The position numbers and the translations under genes are program-made. A DNA stretch of 55,404 nucleotides, filler included, from Asterionella formosa (taxonomy: Eukaryota): NCBI GenBank assembly GCA_002256025.1. It is 4 parts of 4 records of this genome, joined end to end, with 100 filler letters (N's around TTAATTAATTAA, not from the genome) between each part and the next. Parts side by side here need not be neighbours in the genome. Positions count along the whole stretch, not along the records: positions 13,902 to 27,692 come from NKIB01006410.1; positions 27,793 to 41,569 come from NKIB01006428.1; 2 more parts are not named here. One strand, written 5' to 3'. Positions within the stretch are counted from its first letter, which is position 1; each line of letters begins with the position of its first letter. Under the pieces are notes generated by a model. That model did no database searches, was not told the DNA's origin, and was given only the letters and a program-made list of their open reading frames with translations. Positions 24,704-37,107 of this stretch are shown in pieces.

Positions 24704-25764
24704 AGTAAGAACGTGATGGGCATCAATTTGGGGGTTGATGATGGCAATGNNNNNNNNNNNNNNNNNNNNNNNNNNNNNNNNNNNNNNNNNNNNNNNNNNN
24801 NNNNNNNNNNNNNNNNNNNNNNNNNNNNNNNNNNNNNNNNNNNNNNNNNNNNNNNNNNNNNNNNNNNNNNNNNNNNNNNNNNNNNNNNNNNNNNNNNNNN
24901 NNNNNNNNNNNNNNNNNNNNNNNNNNNNNNNNNNNNNNNNNNNNNNNNNNNNNNNNNNNNNNNNNNNNNNNNNNNNNNNNNNNNNNNNNNNNNNNNNNNN
25001 NNNNNNNNNNNNNNNNNNNNNNNNNNNNNNNNNNNNNNNNNNNNNNNNNNNNNNNNNNNNNNNNNNNNNNNNNNNNNNNNNNNNNNNNNNNNNNNNNNNN
25101 NNNNNNNNNNNNNNNNNNNNNNNNNNNNNNNNNNNNNNNNNNNNNNNNNNNNNNNNNNNNNNNNNNNNNNNNNNNNNNNNNNNNNNNNNNNNNNNNNNNN
25201 NNNNNNNNNNNNNNNNNNNNNNNNNNNNNNNNNNNNNNNNNNNNNNNNNNNNNNNNNNNNNNNNNNNNNNNNNNNNNNNNNNNNNNNNNNNNNNNNNNNN
25301 NNNNNNNNNNNNNNNNNNNNNNNNNNNNNNNNNNNNNNNNNNNNNNNNNNNNNNNNNNNNNNNNNNNNNNNNNNNNNNNNNNNNNNNNNNNNNNNNNNNN
25401 NNNNNNNNNNNNNNNNNNNNNNNNNNNNNNNNNNNNNNNNNNNNNNNNNNNNNNNNNNNNNNNNNNNNNNNNNNNNNNNNNNNNNNNNNNNNNNNNNNNN
25501 NNNNNNNNNNNNNNNNNNNNNNNNNNNNNNNNNNNNNNNNNNNNNNNNNNNNNNNNNNNNNNNNNNNNNNNNNNNNNNNNNNNNNNNNNNNNNNNNNNNN
25601 NNNNNNNNNNNNNNNNNNNNNNNNTTTTTTAAGAAACTTATCAAGTGAATACTCATGTAGTAGCACATGTACAGTCATAATTATCATTTTCACTTAAGTA
25701 AACAGAAGCAGTTCAACTGGATACCATGTTCGTCGCTACCGATCTAGTTGCACCAATCACTTCA

Positions 25765-27311
25765 TCACCCTAGAGCCAACGATAAGACCACTTTCTTCAC
25801 AGACGGAACAGACACCAACACCGTACAAGCCGACGCCGTCAATGCCATAGCAATGGCCGCAAATGGGAAAGCGTCCTTCTCATTTGCAAACGCTGCGGTT
25901 CCCAGTCCATGTGCCGCGGCACCAATCCCCATACCCCGCGCGACAGAATCTTTTATCCCAAATAATGTCAAGATACCGGCTCCAAAGTTGGCCCCTATCA
26001 AACCAGTAACAACGACCATACTGACCGCTAAACTTGCATCAGCTCCTAAAATTGCAGCAATTGCCATGGCCAAGGGAGACGTAATGTTCCGACTCAACAG
26101 CGACAACCGCAAGGCTGGATTGCCAATCTGCAACAATCGTACGGCCAAGGCAGTTCCAAATATCCCACCAAGGGATGAAACACCGATAGCAGTTCCCACT
26201 TCTTTGATATTGTCTCGCATGAGCTTGCGACGGTCGTACATTTGACAAGCCAAACTGACGACAGCAGGTCCCAAGAACCCCAACAAGATGCGTCCTGCAC
26301 CTGCGGCATAAACACGGAGTACGTCGTGAAAGGAGACGGAGATACATTTGGATAAAACGAGCATTGCCGCCCATGTCAAGGTAGTGCAAGTGACAAGGGG
26401 GTGGATAATTTTTGTAAAACGCTTGGGTAGACGTGCACCAAAGACAAATGTATTCAGAGTACAAGACAATAAAAAGAATGTTGTAATAGGTTTGGAAAAT
26501 CGGAGGAGTGCGGTTTGCGACACCAACGTGGCACCCATGGAAAATGCTGTCACAGCACGGAGAATCTTGGCCAACTCATCGCTAAATGGTTTGGGCGTAG
26601 CAACAGGTGGTGTTGGTGCGCTATCAACAATACTTTCCTCCGCTGGAGCTGCCTCTGAAGTTGCTTTGCCAGGAAAAATCTTGCGAACGGCCATGACAGA
26701 ATAGGATGTAGTAAGCAAGGTAAAGAGGAAGCCTCCTACAATGACAGCCAATACTTTGAAGTACTTATTTCGTGTACAGGTAGATATTGTTAGCGTTTCC
26801 ACCTGTTGACATGGGCTACAACATTAGCAAGCAAGCTTACCTCCGCCCGACTCCCCAAACCACCAGCTAATGGCAGGGCAATCAAGGAAGGGACAAACAT
26901 AACTGGCAACCATTTTGCCAGAATTGCGGCTCCTGGTGCCAACGATGAGTGGACCGAAGATCCAGCGGGACCCAAAATAAAATAGCTAAAGAGGGCTCCA
27001 CATCCAGCCAAACTAGCAGGAAAGGAAATGGAAAATTTAATGAACAGAATTTTGAAGAATTCCGTTAGGAGGAATAAATCGCCAACTGCAACGAAGGCAT
27101 CAGGTTTGTTGGTAGCATCCGAAGAGCTCATCGCGAGGACTGTATCTTGTTTCATGGGGAATCCGATAGAGGGCGAGGGAAAGGATTGGGAAGCACCGAG
27201 ATGCTTGCTAGTTTGCCGAACAGAAACAAGTGTCCTCGACGGAGCAAAGGAATCCACCATTGTGGAAGTTGCTACCAATGCGAAAAGAAGGGCAAGTAGC
27301 TTTACTGTCAT
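25765..27311 (-). CDS. PLGG1: Plastidal glycolate/glycerate translocator (LrgA-like + LrgB fusion); exons 27311-26841 and 26763-25765, ~489 aa
   Basis: Signal + VDS^FAP motif; FPASLAG and WLPVMFVPSL. Phase-0 intron 26840-26764 (GTAAG...GCTAAC...AAG). LrgB motifs LGPAVVSLA, RNITSPLAM, VTGLIGANFG and ARGMGIGAAAHGLGTA. Confidence 0.9.
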
Positions 27312-27498
27312 TGTCGTGTGTCGTGTGTTTCATTTATATTGGATCAAAATAAAGTGTCAACAAACATGCATGAACGTACATAAATCTACATAAATCGGAA
27401 CGATAAATAGTTACCAGTTAACATTTTAACCATGATCGCTCTCCTCAATACATACCAGGTACCAACTGGTTCCAGCAATATCTTTTGGTTTAAATCAT

Positions 27499-27528
27499 TG
27501 ACGTCAGTGAACCCCATCTCTTGCGTCA
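27499..27528. promoter_or_regulatory. CCRE-like cluster upstream of PLGG1 (TGACGTCA + TGACGC)
   Basis: TGACGTCA at 27499-27506 and GCGTCA (TGACGC on minus) at 27523-27528, ~190-215 nt upstream of the ATG at 27311. Confidence 0.5.
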
Positions 27529-27605
27529 CTTTGCTCCAAGCAAATCATGATCGTCGGTTGAGGATATCATTTGAAACCCTAGTCGAAAATTAACAAAATA
27601 TTGCT

Positions 27606-27692
27606 TAGGGTTGCCGAATTTCCTGGGAATTGGGAATTTGTAAGAGAATGATTCCGTCCTTTTAGTTAAAAACATTATTTGAAATTAGCGCG
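27606..27692 (+). mobile_element. hAT-like terminal sequence, copy 2, running into a gap
   Basis: tagggttgccgaatttcctgggaattgggaatttg; homologous to 15230-15325. Confidence 0.45.
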
Positions 27693-27792
27693 NNNNNNNN
27701 NNNNNNNNNNNNNNNNNNNNNNNNNNNNNNNNNNNNTTAATTAATTAANNNNNNNNNNNNNNNNNNNNNNNNNNNNNNNNNNNNNNNNNNNN

Positions 27793-28182
27793 CTGGTGTG
27801 TAAGTACTACAATGATTCACAATGCATACGTCTCCATTGGAACTCTTATTTTTTATTTCATTTCTAACCCAATTTTTTTTCTATTTCTCATTTGATGCTA
27901 CTTATTACATCGCATTGCATACTTTGGTTGCTCCAAACATCATGTTCAATTTTCATTGATGTTGCATGTTACAATCATTCTCGTGTGTTTTACGCTTGTT
28001 GTACCATCTCCATGCATATTACCGTTATTTTGGTTGTCATGCTAAAATCGGCAATTTTATTGCCGAAAAATTCGATGTGCCCCATATTGCCCTTAAATAA
28101 AAATTACTTAAGAAATTACTTAGAGACTAAAAATTACTTAGAAGTACCCGAATGGCAAGACGATAGCTGGAGCGGGAATTGC
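27793..28182 (-). mobile_element. Terminal fragment of the Harbinger family (same end as 32590-32959)
   Basis: Collinear with 32586-32959, with three aaattactta repeats and the end gagcgggaattgc. Confidence 0.85.
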
Positions 28183-29304
28183 TGTGTGATGCCTTTTACG
28201 ATGTTAATTTCATTTATACCCACATATAGACCAGTACAGGGTCAACCTTGAATTGGGAGAGTTTATTGCCTATTTGTCATAAAAGTGTTACAATATGCAC
28301 AATACATTAGTAGTCCAGGGGAATTTGTGACTTTTTCCCTGATGCGAAGTTTCTAGTCGTGTGTAGAACAACTAGTGTATTGTTGGATGTCTGCATGTAT
28401 GTCTATATTAAACTCTAAAATGAACTAGTCCATAATTCTCTAAATATGAGCCATGACAATTATTGCATACATGAAACTTGGTACATAATTATACCTTGAG
28501 TTATTTTCTTGCATTTTGAGATGTTGTGTTCTCTCCGAAGTTACTGTTGCATAGGGTTTTCTCGTTAATTTGTAACAGTTGTGAGCTAAGCTAGTAATTG
28601 CAAACTCAACGATGTCTCGTGTTTGCTCATATCTTGAAAACTGAGCAAACAATGAGGAAAACAAATTCTAGTGGCAATTTCTAATTTTTGTTGTAAATAT
28701 TAGTGCAATTTTTTTTAATTGATCAATTATCTCTTCTATGTTAGGCTAGATAAACCTACAAAAAAAATACTTTACTAATGTCAATGTTCGCTGAGAAATT
28801 TTGTACAAGAATTTCGTCATGATCAAAGCGGAGGTCTACAGCAGTACAAAACCAAGTTCACTTTTGTATTCCACACATATCTATACATAGCTCTATGAAT
28901 ATTGGAATATATATCATAATAAATTACTAGTATAGTCCTATGCCATAGGAAAAGTAAGCGTGGAGATAAACTACCCTGGTACCAATTTGTGAAAAAAGTT
29001 ATCATGGAAGCCATTGACTAAGGGCCAATCTTAACAGAGATACAAAAATCAAAAAAATGTGGCTCGGCCCAATTTTTTGTATATCACATATCCGGGTGAT
29101 ATGTTGCTTCCAGCAACACATTTTTTGTTGCTCCGAAATGTGTATCTGTGTGTATCGCTGAAGGTACAGCGTTAAGCAACACTAATTTTATAAATTCAAT
29201 ATATGTCATGTAATTAAATTAATCAACAAAGACACCATTTTTATCTCTAACGGCAACAACAGAAATGAATTTTTGGAGGAGGGATTCTCAGCAGCAATTA
29301 TTAT

Positions 29305-30893
29305 TATCACAAGCTACTCATGGAATAATGCTTTTCGTAACTTGTTGTAAATGACTTGCGCGATAGCATTAATTGAATCTTCGGACAATGAAACTTGCTC
29401 TGCAGCAAGGAAACAGGATGACCAGTGGGTTGCAAGCATCACTCCTGCTGATTTTTCCATTGACAACGAAGGGTCTTTGACGACGATAAAAGACATGCTC
29501 ATTCAACGGATATCGCTACAACAACTTCATCATATTTGTGTTCAATTTAAAATCGTCGGATAGAGAAACAAAACAAAGATGATAATAATAACACTCATTA
29601 AGAATTGGTTAAAGACTCTTGATCTTGGAGACATGATGGGGTACAACAAAACGTAATCAAAAGAACCAAAGAAGTATCTGAAAAGAAACAGCGCTCCCTT
29701 TACTCCTGAATCATCAACAAAGAAGTCTCCTATCCTACTACTATCAAAGCAACTTTCTACTACCAGAGAAGATATTGCCAATGACTCAAGTACAGATTCC
29801 GAATTAACTCCTTCCCAATTGTCTGCATTTACATCTCCAGTTCCTGCTGATATTTTATTGGATAACGATTCTGAAAGATCCCACCAGATTATTAAGAAAC
29901 ATGGACGACCTCCCAAGAATCAGAGGAAAAGAAAAGCTGCAACTGCTCCCAAATATGTTAAGAAGCATGGCACATACCATCGAGTAATTAATGTCTTCGT
30001 TGATGAGAAACATCGGCAAGATGTTTTGTGTCTTGGGAATACACCAGGTATGTGTGATTTGGATGCAAGGAAATTTCCCCATAAAGCAGTTTGGGGCAAG
30101 TTATTGGATACCTAATACAGTTGGATCCATGGCATTCAAACACATCCAGTTTGAATACCACGGAATTGATGATAACTATCCCCTCACTTTTGTTATGTTG
30201 AATAGCAAACAATTTTCAGAGGTTATGGAATTTCGAAATGCGCATAACAAGATCTTTTTCAATAATAGCAAAGTCTCTCCTGGTCGACATGATAACTTTG
30301 ACAATTTCACACAAAACTGGCCTTATTGTTTGTTCATTCATTTATGGCTTCAACAGGTGCCACATTTGCTTGCCTATGCAGTACAAAGCTTAAGTGATGG
30401 TGTTGCTATGGACAATTTTATTCACATTCCTGCAGAGGATGATGTTGCCAAGCTACCTGTTCAACGAAGAAAAGGTAGGAAATATGGCAGCAATGAGTTT
30501 GAAAACACATCCAAACAAGAAGTGGTCGATGCGCTTATAGAACTTTCAAAAGCAAATGAGCGCCGTACACAAATGAAACTTGCCTATCAAAGTTCTAATG
30601 CAGAATCTTCTCGAGCAACTTTTCTTGTAAAACGAGAGAAGGAACTAATAGATGTTGTAAGAACTTTGGACCGCGAAAAGTTAAAGGAAGCTCGATCTGA
30701 AGTAGCAAGCAATGAAGTGTCACAAAAATTCGATGTTAAAGTGTATCAGGAGAATGTAATTTTTGTTGAATTTTTTGAAACCAATTCTTTTGAAGCTATG
30801 GATGCACTGAAGAAGAATTCTGTAGCTCTCATACAAACAGCTGAAGAAAATGCATTTAATCATAATAAGGTTAACAATTATATTTCTACTTAG
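29305..30893 (+). pseudogene. Harbinger accessory (Myb/SANT-like DNA-binding) ORF, frameshifted
   Basis: Fragments TYHRVINVFVDEKHRQDVLCLG...DLDARK...VWGKLL and DNFDNFTQNWPYCLFIHLWL plus a coiled-coil-like tail; placed opposite a Harbinger transposase. Confidence 0.55.
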
Positions 30894-30938
30894 TTCTTGT
30901 CATTACCTAATTCCTTCCAGTTGCAGTTTTATGCTACA

Positions 30939-32293
30939 TTAAGACAATCCTATTTCAGTCAGTTCATGCCATCGGCGCAACACATTAGCCGGAGGTCGCC
31001 AACCCATTGTTGGTGACAACATCATGAATAATTTGCCGAATCTGTGAAGTACCTTGTACTGCATCCAACTTCCTGACAGTCGGAAGATAAGACCACCCAA
31101 GAGGAGCATTGGGCATTGGATCAACAAGCTCCAAACTAGTCAGAAATTCCATTACATTAGCAAGTTCCTTCTTTTTATCATCGTCCACGAGTAGGCAAAA
31201 ATTGTGTAAGCGGACAAAAGCAGAAAGAATTGCAACTGATTTCTTCATCCTGAAGGACAAGGAGCGATGACCTCGTGATCCTCCATTTATTGGTGAGCAA
31301 TCCAAACGTCATCTCAATTCTCATGCGGAGATGTGAAAGGAAATAGATGTATGCATCTTTGTTTGTTGATTCCCTTTGATGCCATTGACTTCCAACAAAT
31401 GGACAGAGCACTTGATCAGTCAATGTGTACACAGCATCACCTACTACTATGTATTGTCCTGGACGAATGTCAGATACAATCTGAAAATTTTTTGTTCTTT
31501 CAAATGCCTTCTGATATGGACATTTTCCTGGTGCCACGACACCAAAGTACAGGAAACATCAATTTCTGTCGCAAACAGCTTGAACATTTAATCCATATGA
31601 CATATAATGCCCAGACCAATATGCTTGACGGAAGCCATCACAATCCTTTTTTCTTGGTTTAGAAAATATCCATCTAAAGCACCAATGCATCCACAAGATA
31701 GTTGATGCTCGCTTTTTTCAAGAAATCCATTTATCACTGTTTGTTTCTCCTTGTTTGTTCTAGGTAATTTTATTGATAATGCTGTGCAGGAGTTCACCGC
31801 ATCAAGGAATGTTTTAGTGATGTCAGAAACAGATGGATAAGAAGCTCCATAGACATGACGAATGTCCATGAGTTTTATCTCTATAAAGATTCATTTTTTT
31901 ATAAAGATACAACAAAAACTAATTTGTATCGCTGTTAAGATTGGCCCCAAGTCGTTGTGCAGATTGCAACACTTTTGTGCAAATATGGAAATGGACCATA
32001 TTGGGCCTTACGAACTTCCTTGTATTGGGATGAGATGTAGCTAATAATGCCAAAACCCAATACAGGGGCAACCTTGAAGTGACCTTGTATTGGAAGTCAT
32101 GACCATGTATTGGGACATGACATAGTTCCATGATCCGTTTTGATCGCATGTTCCGCCGTTGTTTGTCGTTCTGCACTGTCGTTTTTTTTCGATTGTATCT
32201 ATCTACATAGGAATCTATGAATTTATCGATGACTACTCTTTGAAGATGTATTGTTGTTGATCGTATCTGTTGATTTGTATAGTTGTTGACCAT
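30939..32293 (-). pseudogene. Harbinger DDE transposase (DDE_Tnp_4/HARBI1-like), multiply frameshifted
   Basis: Motifs in order across frames: GCIGALDG, APGK...AF, YIVVGDAVY, FLSHLRMRIEMTFGLLTNKWRI, AFVRLHNFCL. Confidence 0.9.
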
Positions 32294-33779
32294 GATGTCA
32301 ATATTCTAGAGGGAATCAATAGTACTGAAGCTCCCTCTCGATCACGATCAATCAGAACTGATTGGAATAGAATGATCAGGGTTGTTTGATGGGAGGAACG
32401 ACTGTGGTCGGAATTACCGCAAGCAACTTTGGTCAGCCTACTACAGTGATGTTCATGGTTGCAGCAACCAGATCATCTACATTACATCACGATGCAGTTC
32501 TCAATTTGGTTCAGCTTTTTTCTTCTTATCTGTTTCATTTCGCTCGTTGATTGTGTGATGGAAAGTCATTATTGCCTTTGCCAGTGCTACAATGCATACA
32601 TCTCAACTGAAACTCCTATTTTTTACTGTAATTCTAACCCAAAAAATGCTTTCTAGCTATTTCTCATTTGATGGTAATTATTACATTGCATGTCATACTT
32701 TGGTTGCTCCAAACTTCATGTTCAATTTTCATTGATATTGCATGGTATAATCATTCTCGTGTGTTTGATGCCTGTTTTACTATTTCTACACATATTACCA
32801 TTTTTCTGGCTATGATGCTAAATCGGCATTTTTATAGCCAAAAAATTTGATGTGCCCCAAATTGCCCCTAAATTAAAATTTCTTGATAAATCACTTAGAG
32901 CTAAAAAAATTACTTAGAAGGACCCGAATGGCAAGAAGATGGATTGAGCGGGAATTGCCAATACAGGGTACTTTCGATTCCTGTGTGGTGGTGAGGGTGT
33001 GTAAATATCAGCATACACCGGACTGAGCGAGCCCAGCACAGAGTATATACGCAGAGCCACCAGATTAGGTACACGCATTTACCCTAAGAATGTGCGGTAA
33101 GGAAAGAACAGCATTAGAATACCATATATAATTCAGTGGCCTGGCCCCCTCAATGTACAATGCTGTGACTGAATTTGACTGATTTTACTTAAGGGGGGCC
33201 AGGAAAATGAAGAGATTTCCCTTACAATGGTGTTTAAAGCTTGTGCCGTAATTGAGTCACATTCAGTATATGTATATGTTGATGTTAGTATAATCTGATA
33301 TCAGCTAGAGTATATACACCGTGGCATAAAACGTAACACTATGGGTTGATGTGGCCACACTTTGATACATGTACTTTAGCTTTAACAGTTCTTTATAATT
33401 TTCTTCTTTTATTTTGATTTCTCCTCTTGTTGTGTAGAACGTTTGTTTCATCTTTATCTTCTCACAAGATCTTAACGCTTATCAGACCCACCATTCTAAC
33501 CTCGACTGCTCAGCTGAACCAGAGGCTTTGCGCCCACTGCAACTGGATCGCTCTTGCGACATCATTAGAGGCTTTGGGCCCATTGTATCTGGATCGCTTT
33601 TGCGACATCTTTGGAGGCTTTGCGCCAACTGTAACTGGATCGCTTTTGCGTCATCATTGCAGGCTTGGCGCCCACTGTAATAGGATTGTCGTTGCGACAA
33701 TACTAAACTTCCGCCCTAATATTTCATTCTCAAGCAACACATTGAACAACGAGTACTGGTCTTCCAACTACCAGCAGTC

Positions 33780-35060
33780 ATGGTGGTCATTATTGAGTTG
33801 ATTCAACCCTACAAATTGGAAACTGCATTCCAAAATGCCCTTGATCAGGTCATTCTACTTACTCCATTTAATCGGACACAACTCCATAATGATGATATCA
33901 TCTATGCTACCAACCTTGGTCCTTTTGATGATGCCATCATACTTGACTGTTTCACAAATGCAACAAGGCTCACTAGTACCGGTCAGAGGACCAAGTTATA
34001 TGAATTTTGTTGTTGGATCCGTGAACAGCAGGTCATTGTTGGATATGGCAATGTTCAGTCTTCCAATTCCTAGGTTGAGCAATTGTCCCATATGCTGAAG
34101 GATGCAGGTCAAATCAAGCGTGTTGAAAAATATCAATCTGGAAGCAGAGAAGTTAATGCCCCCAACCCATGGTCCAGTAAAACTACAGATTGGCAACAAA
34201 AGAAAAGGGAGTTCATCGCCTACATTTCATTGAAGCACAACAATAATTGAATACCTTTGGTGTATCTTCTCTGTGACAACAACAAGCGATCTGCTATCGA
34301 ACAGGACCATGGACTTGATGGAGATACCCAGTCTATTATCCGCAATGCACCCTTGCCAGGGGAAGCATACAACACTGACAACTGCGAACTCTTTCAACTC
34401 CTTGTCGCATGGACGGCAAGCAGGTCTGGGCAACCTTTAGTAGACCGCTTCTACCTCCATTCCGATGGCAGGGGAGCATGGTTGAGTTTAATACTTACAA
34501 ATGAGGGAACAAATTCCCGTAATTCTCCCATACTCAAAGCTGAAAGTGACATTTCGAAAACGTTTTGGGAAGGTGACCGACACAATTGGACACTTGCTGA
34601 ATACTGTTCCATTCATATGAGCTCGCAAGCTGCGCTTGAAACCCCCTTGGCATAGTTTGGGATGGTGCCAGCCAGGGTTGGGCGTTATTATCTGGACTTC
34701 GAGCAGATCAAATCCGTCAAATCTCTGCATTAATCATGAATGATGATGGATGCAATACCAACCTACAAGCATCAGCTATTAAGTTACAGAACCTCTGGAA
34801 TATGCTCTGACCAGCATCTCAAGCAAATAATAATGTTGGCTGACATAACCGATGTGGACGTTACACTGATCGCAAAATCAGCTCAACATCACGTGACAAT
34901 TGTACCAGACGTCAAGGTTGTTATGGCGGACGTCATGGTGGTCGCCAGGCTGGACACACTGGCCATGGTTGTTGTGGTTGATAAAATAATTGCAAATTTA
35001 AAAAACCAGCCGGGTATTGCACAGGATGGTCTTTATATTGTGCCAGACATCAGGAATCAG
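33780..35060 (+). mobile_element. Ty1/Copia (CoDi-type) gag remnant
   Basis: APLPGEAYNTDNCELFQLL...DGRGAWLSL...EG...WEGDRHNWTLAEY resembles the diatom Copia gag pattern, followed by a Gly/Arg-rich tail. Broken by stops and frameshifts; cut off at 35067. Confidence 0.65.
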
Positions 35061-37107
35061 TTACCTCTGCAAATAAAAACCATCATATTTCCATGATGCA
35101 TCATAGGATTGTGATCATCTGATCATAATATTTCATTATATCATCTAAAATTTGTGATAAATGCCTTTGTAATTTAAATAGTAACCCTTTTGACTACATA
35201 AATTTAATTATTATATGTATTGTTTCTATTTGATTCCTGTATTCGAATTTCTTGGTAGGATAATGTACCAGTTCAAGTAATGCAGTTTGGCTCGTCATTT
35301 CCATCCGTCATCACTCCGATTTTTGCAAAAACAACGAAATACTAGCGATGACAAGCGGAATGAATGTTTGCGATAACGTCTTCAATTTGTTGGTCAAGTG
35401 ATCTTTATATCTTCGAGTAATCGTCATGTGCAGTGAACCTTTGTTCATAATCATTCAATTAAGAGTTTACAGGAGAGAAGAAACCATTTAAACTCGTAAT
35501 GTTTCCGCACACAGCGCACAAAGTAAATCCGTTTCGTCGACTTCAGCATGACAATTTCGCCAATCAACCTGTAAACAAACACATTCTACTTGTTCTCGTT
35601 GACATTTTCAATTCTCACATGATACTACATCTACTATTGAGATTCAGCATAGAAGGAGATACGAAAATGTGCGTAACAGACTACTGTCCACATAGCTATA
35701 GTTATAGAATGATTCTGATTAGAACGCATTTCATTTTCATATCGCTCGCTCGTTTCTGCATTTGGCATACTGTACTTGTATTTACTATTGAACTTGTCCG
35801 CATCTTTGATACCATCAAAAGAGCGAGAGCAAGTGGCTCTTTTCATTGTTGTTTGCTCATAGGAAAAATTTGATATCTGTATCGTCATTTGCTTGTTGGA
35901 ACTGTCCGTTGCCTCAAACCTGCTTGGCGTGTGCGTACACACACTGTCGACTTGTTTTCATTGGTATGTTGTTCTTATATTCACTATTGAACTTGTCCGC
36001 ATCTTGTCTTTGTTACCATCAATAGAGCGATAAGTGGGTCTCTTCATTGTTGTTTGCTCCTGGAAAAGTCGGTGTCCGTGTCATCCTCATCAATAGAGAG
36101 ACAAGTTCTTTCTCTGGAAAAATCGGTACTCTTGGTATCATCATTCGCTCGTTGGAACCACTGTCCGTTGCCTCAAACCTGATTAGCGTGTGAGTATGTG
36201 CACTGTCGACTTTTGTACATTACAGGCGGAGTGACTTAGCTATTAAATTGCGTGATATATTAATATACCACGTAGCATGATGCATAATACAGTTGCTTCC
36301 CAATCATCTCATCATGATTGATAAGATGATAATGTGATATCATGATAGGGTTACATCGATGCATACATCACCAAAGTATGGAAACGTAATATTGAATAAA
36401 GTACATCACATAGCTATGATACATTGATCATAAAACTATGATGATTTTATAAAATGTTTATAATATAATTTTGATCAAAATATGATTATGATAAAATAGT
36501 ACAATGACAATAAAATACGATAAAATATGTATGCAAGTGTTACCAAGACATCTTAGAAAATTAATCAAGCAATCATAAAGTATGTTAATGATTATATATG
36601 TTTGTCGTTTAATGTATACAGTTAAAGTCAACAGTTAATATGATAGTATTATACAGTGGATAGGATCTAAGTATATGGATGCGTTGATATGTACATCACT
36701 ATAATATGATCTGTGACATTGATTGATGCATAGCACATACCGGTATCCTCAACAACCAGCCATCACGTTCATTGTTGTGTCGTCTTTCGTTGTTTTAGCT
36801 ATATATATGCCGGCATGTGTATCGTGTAAACACTAAGCTGGCGGAACATGCATATTACACTGCTGTGCTCTGTTCAACAATTACTACACTCGGTTACCAT
36901 CACACCAGTTCAACCTCCACAAGTGCCGCAAAAAGCTCAGCGAAAAGCTCCGTGTTTCCCTTCCACTGTTTTACATCATAGTCTTCTGGCCCTTTGACAA
37001 CTTTCCAAATGTCATTTCACGGATTTCATGGAAACGATCAGTCAAACAAGAAACGAGACTTACTTCCATTGTTTACACTACACGACTTTATGTTTTCGGA
37101 AAAGAAG

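Larger units (their letters stand above)
29022..32959. mobile_element. Degenerate two-ORF PIF/Harbinger DNA transposon
   Basis: TAA followed by GGGCCAATCTTAAC, similar to the MITE TIR. Convergent accessory ORF (+) and DDE transposase (-). The right boundary is set by where homology with the 5796 and 28182 copies stops. Confidence 0.8.

Noticed and set aside
24704..25697. Long ORFs of 320-529 aa spanning poly-N
   Set aside because: Read-through of an assembly gap; only the FKBP portion is real.
15325..27606. The two TAGGGTTGCC ends as TIRs of one element enclosing FKBP and PLGG1
   Set aside because: They face outward, so they cannot bound the intervening DNA.
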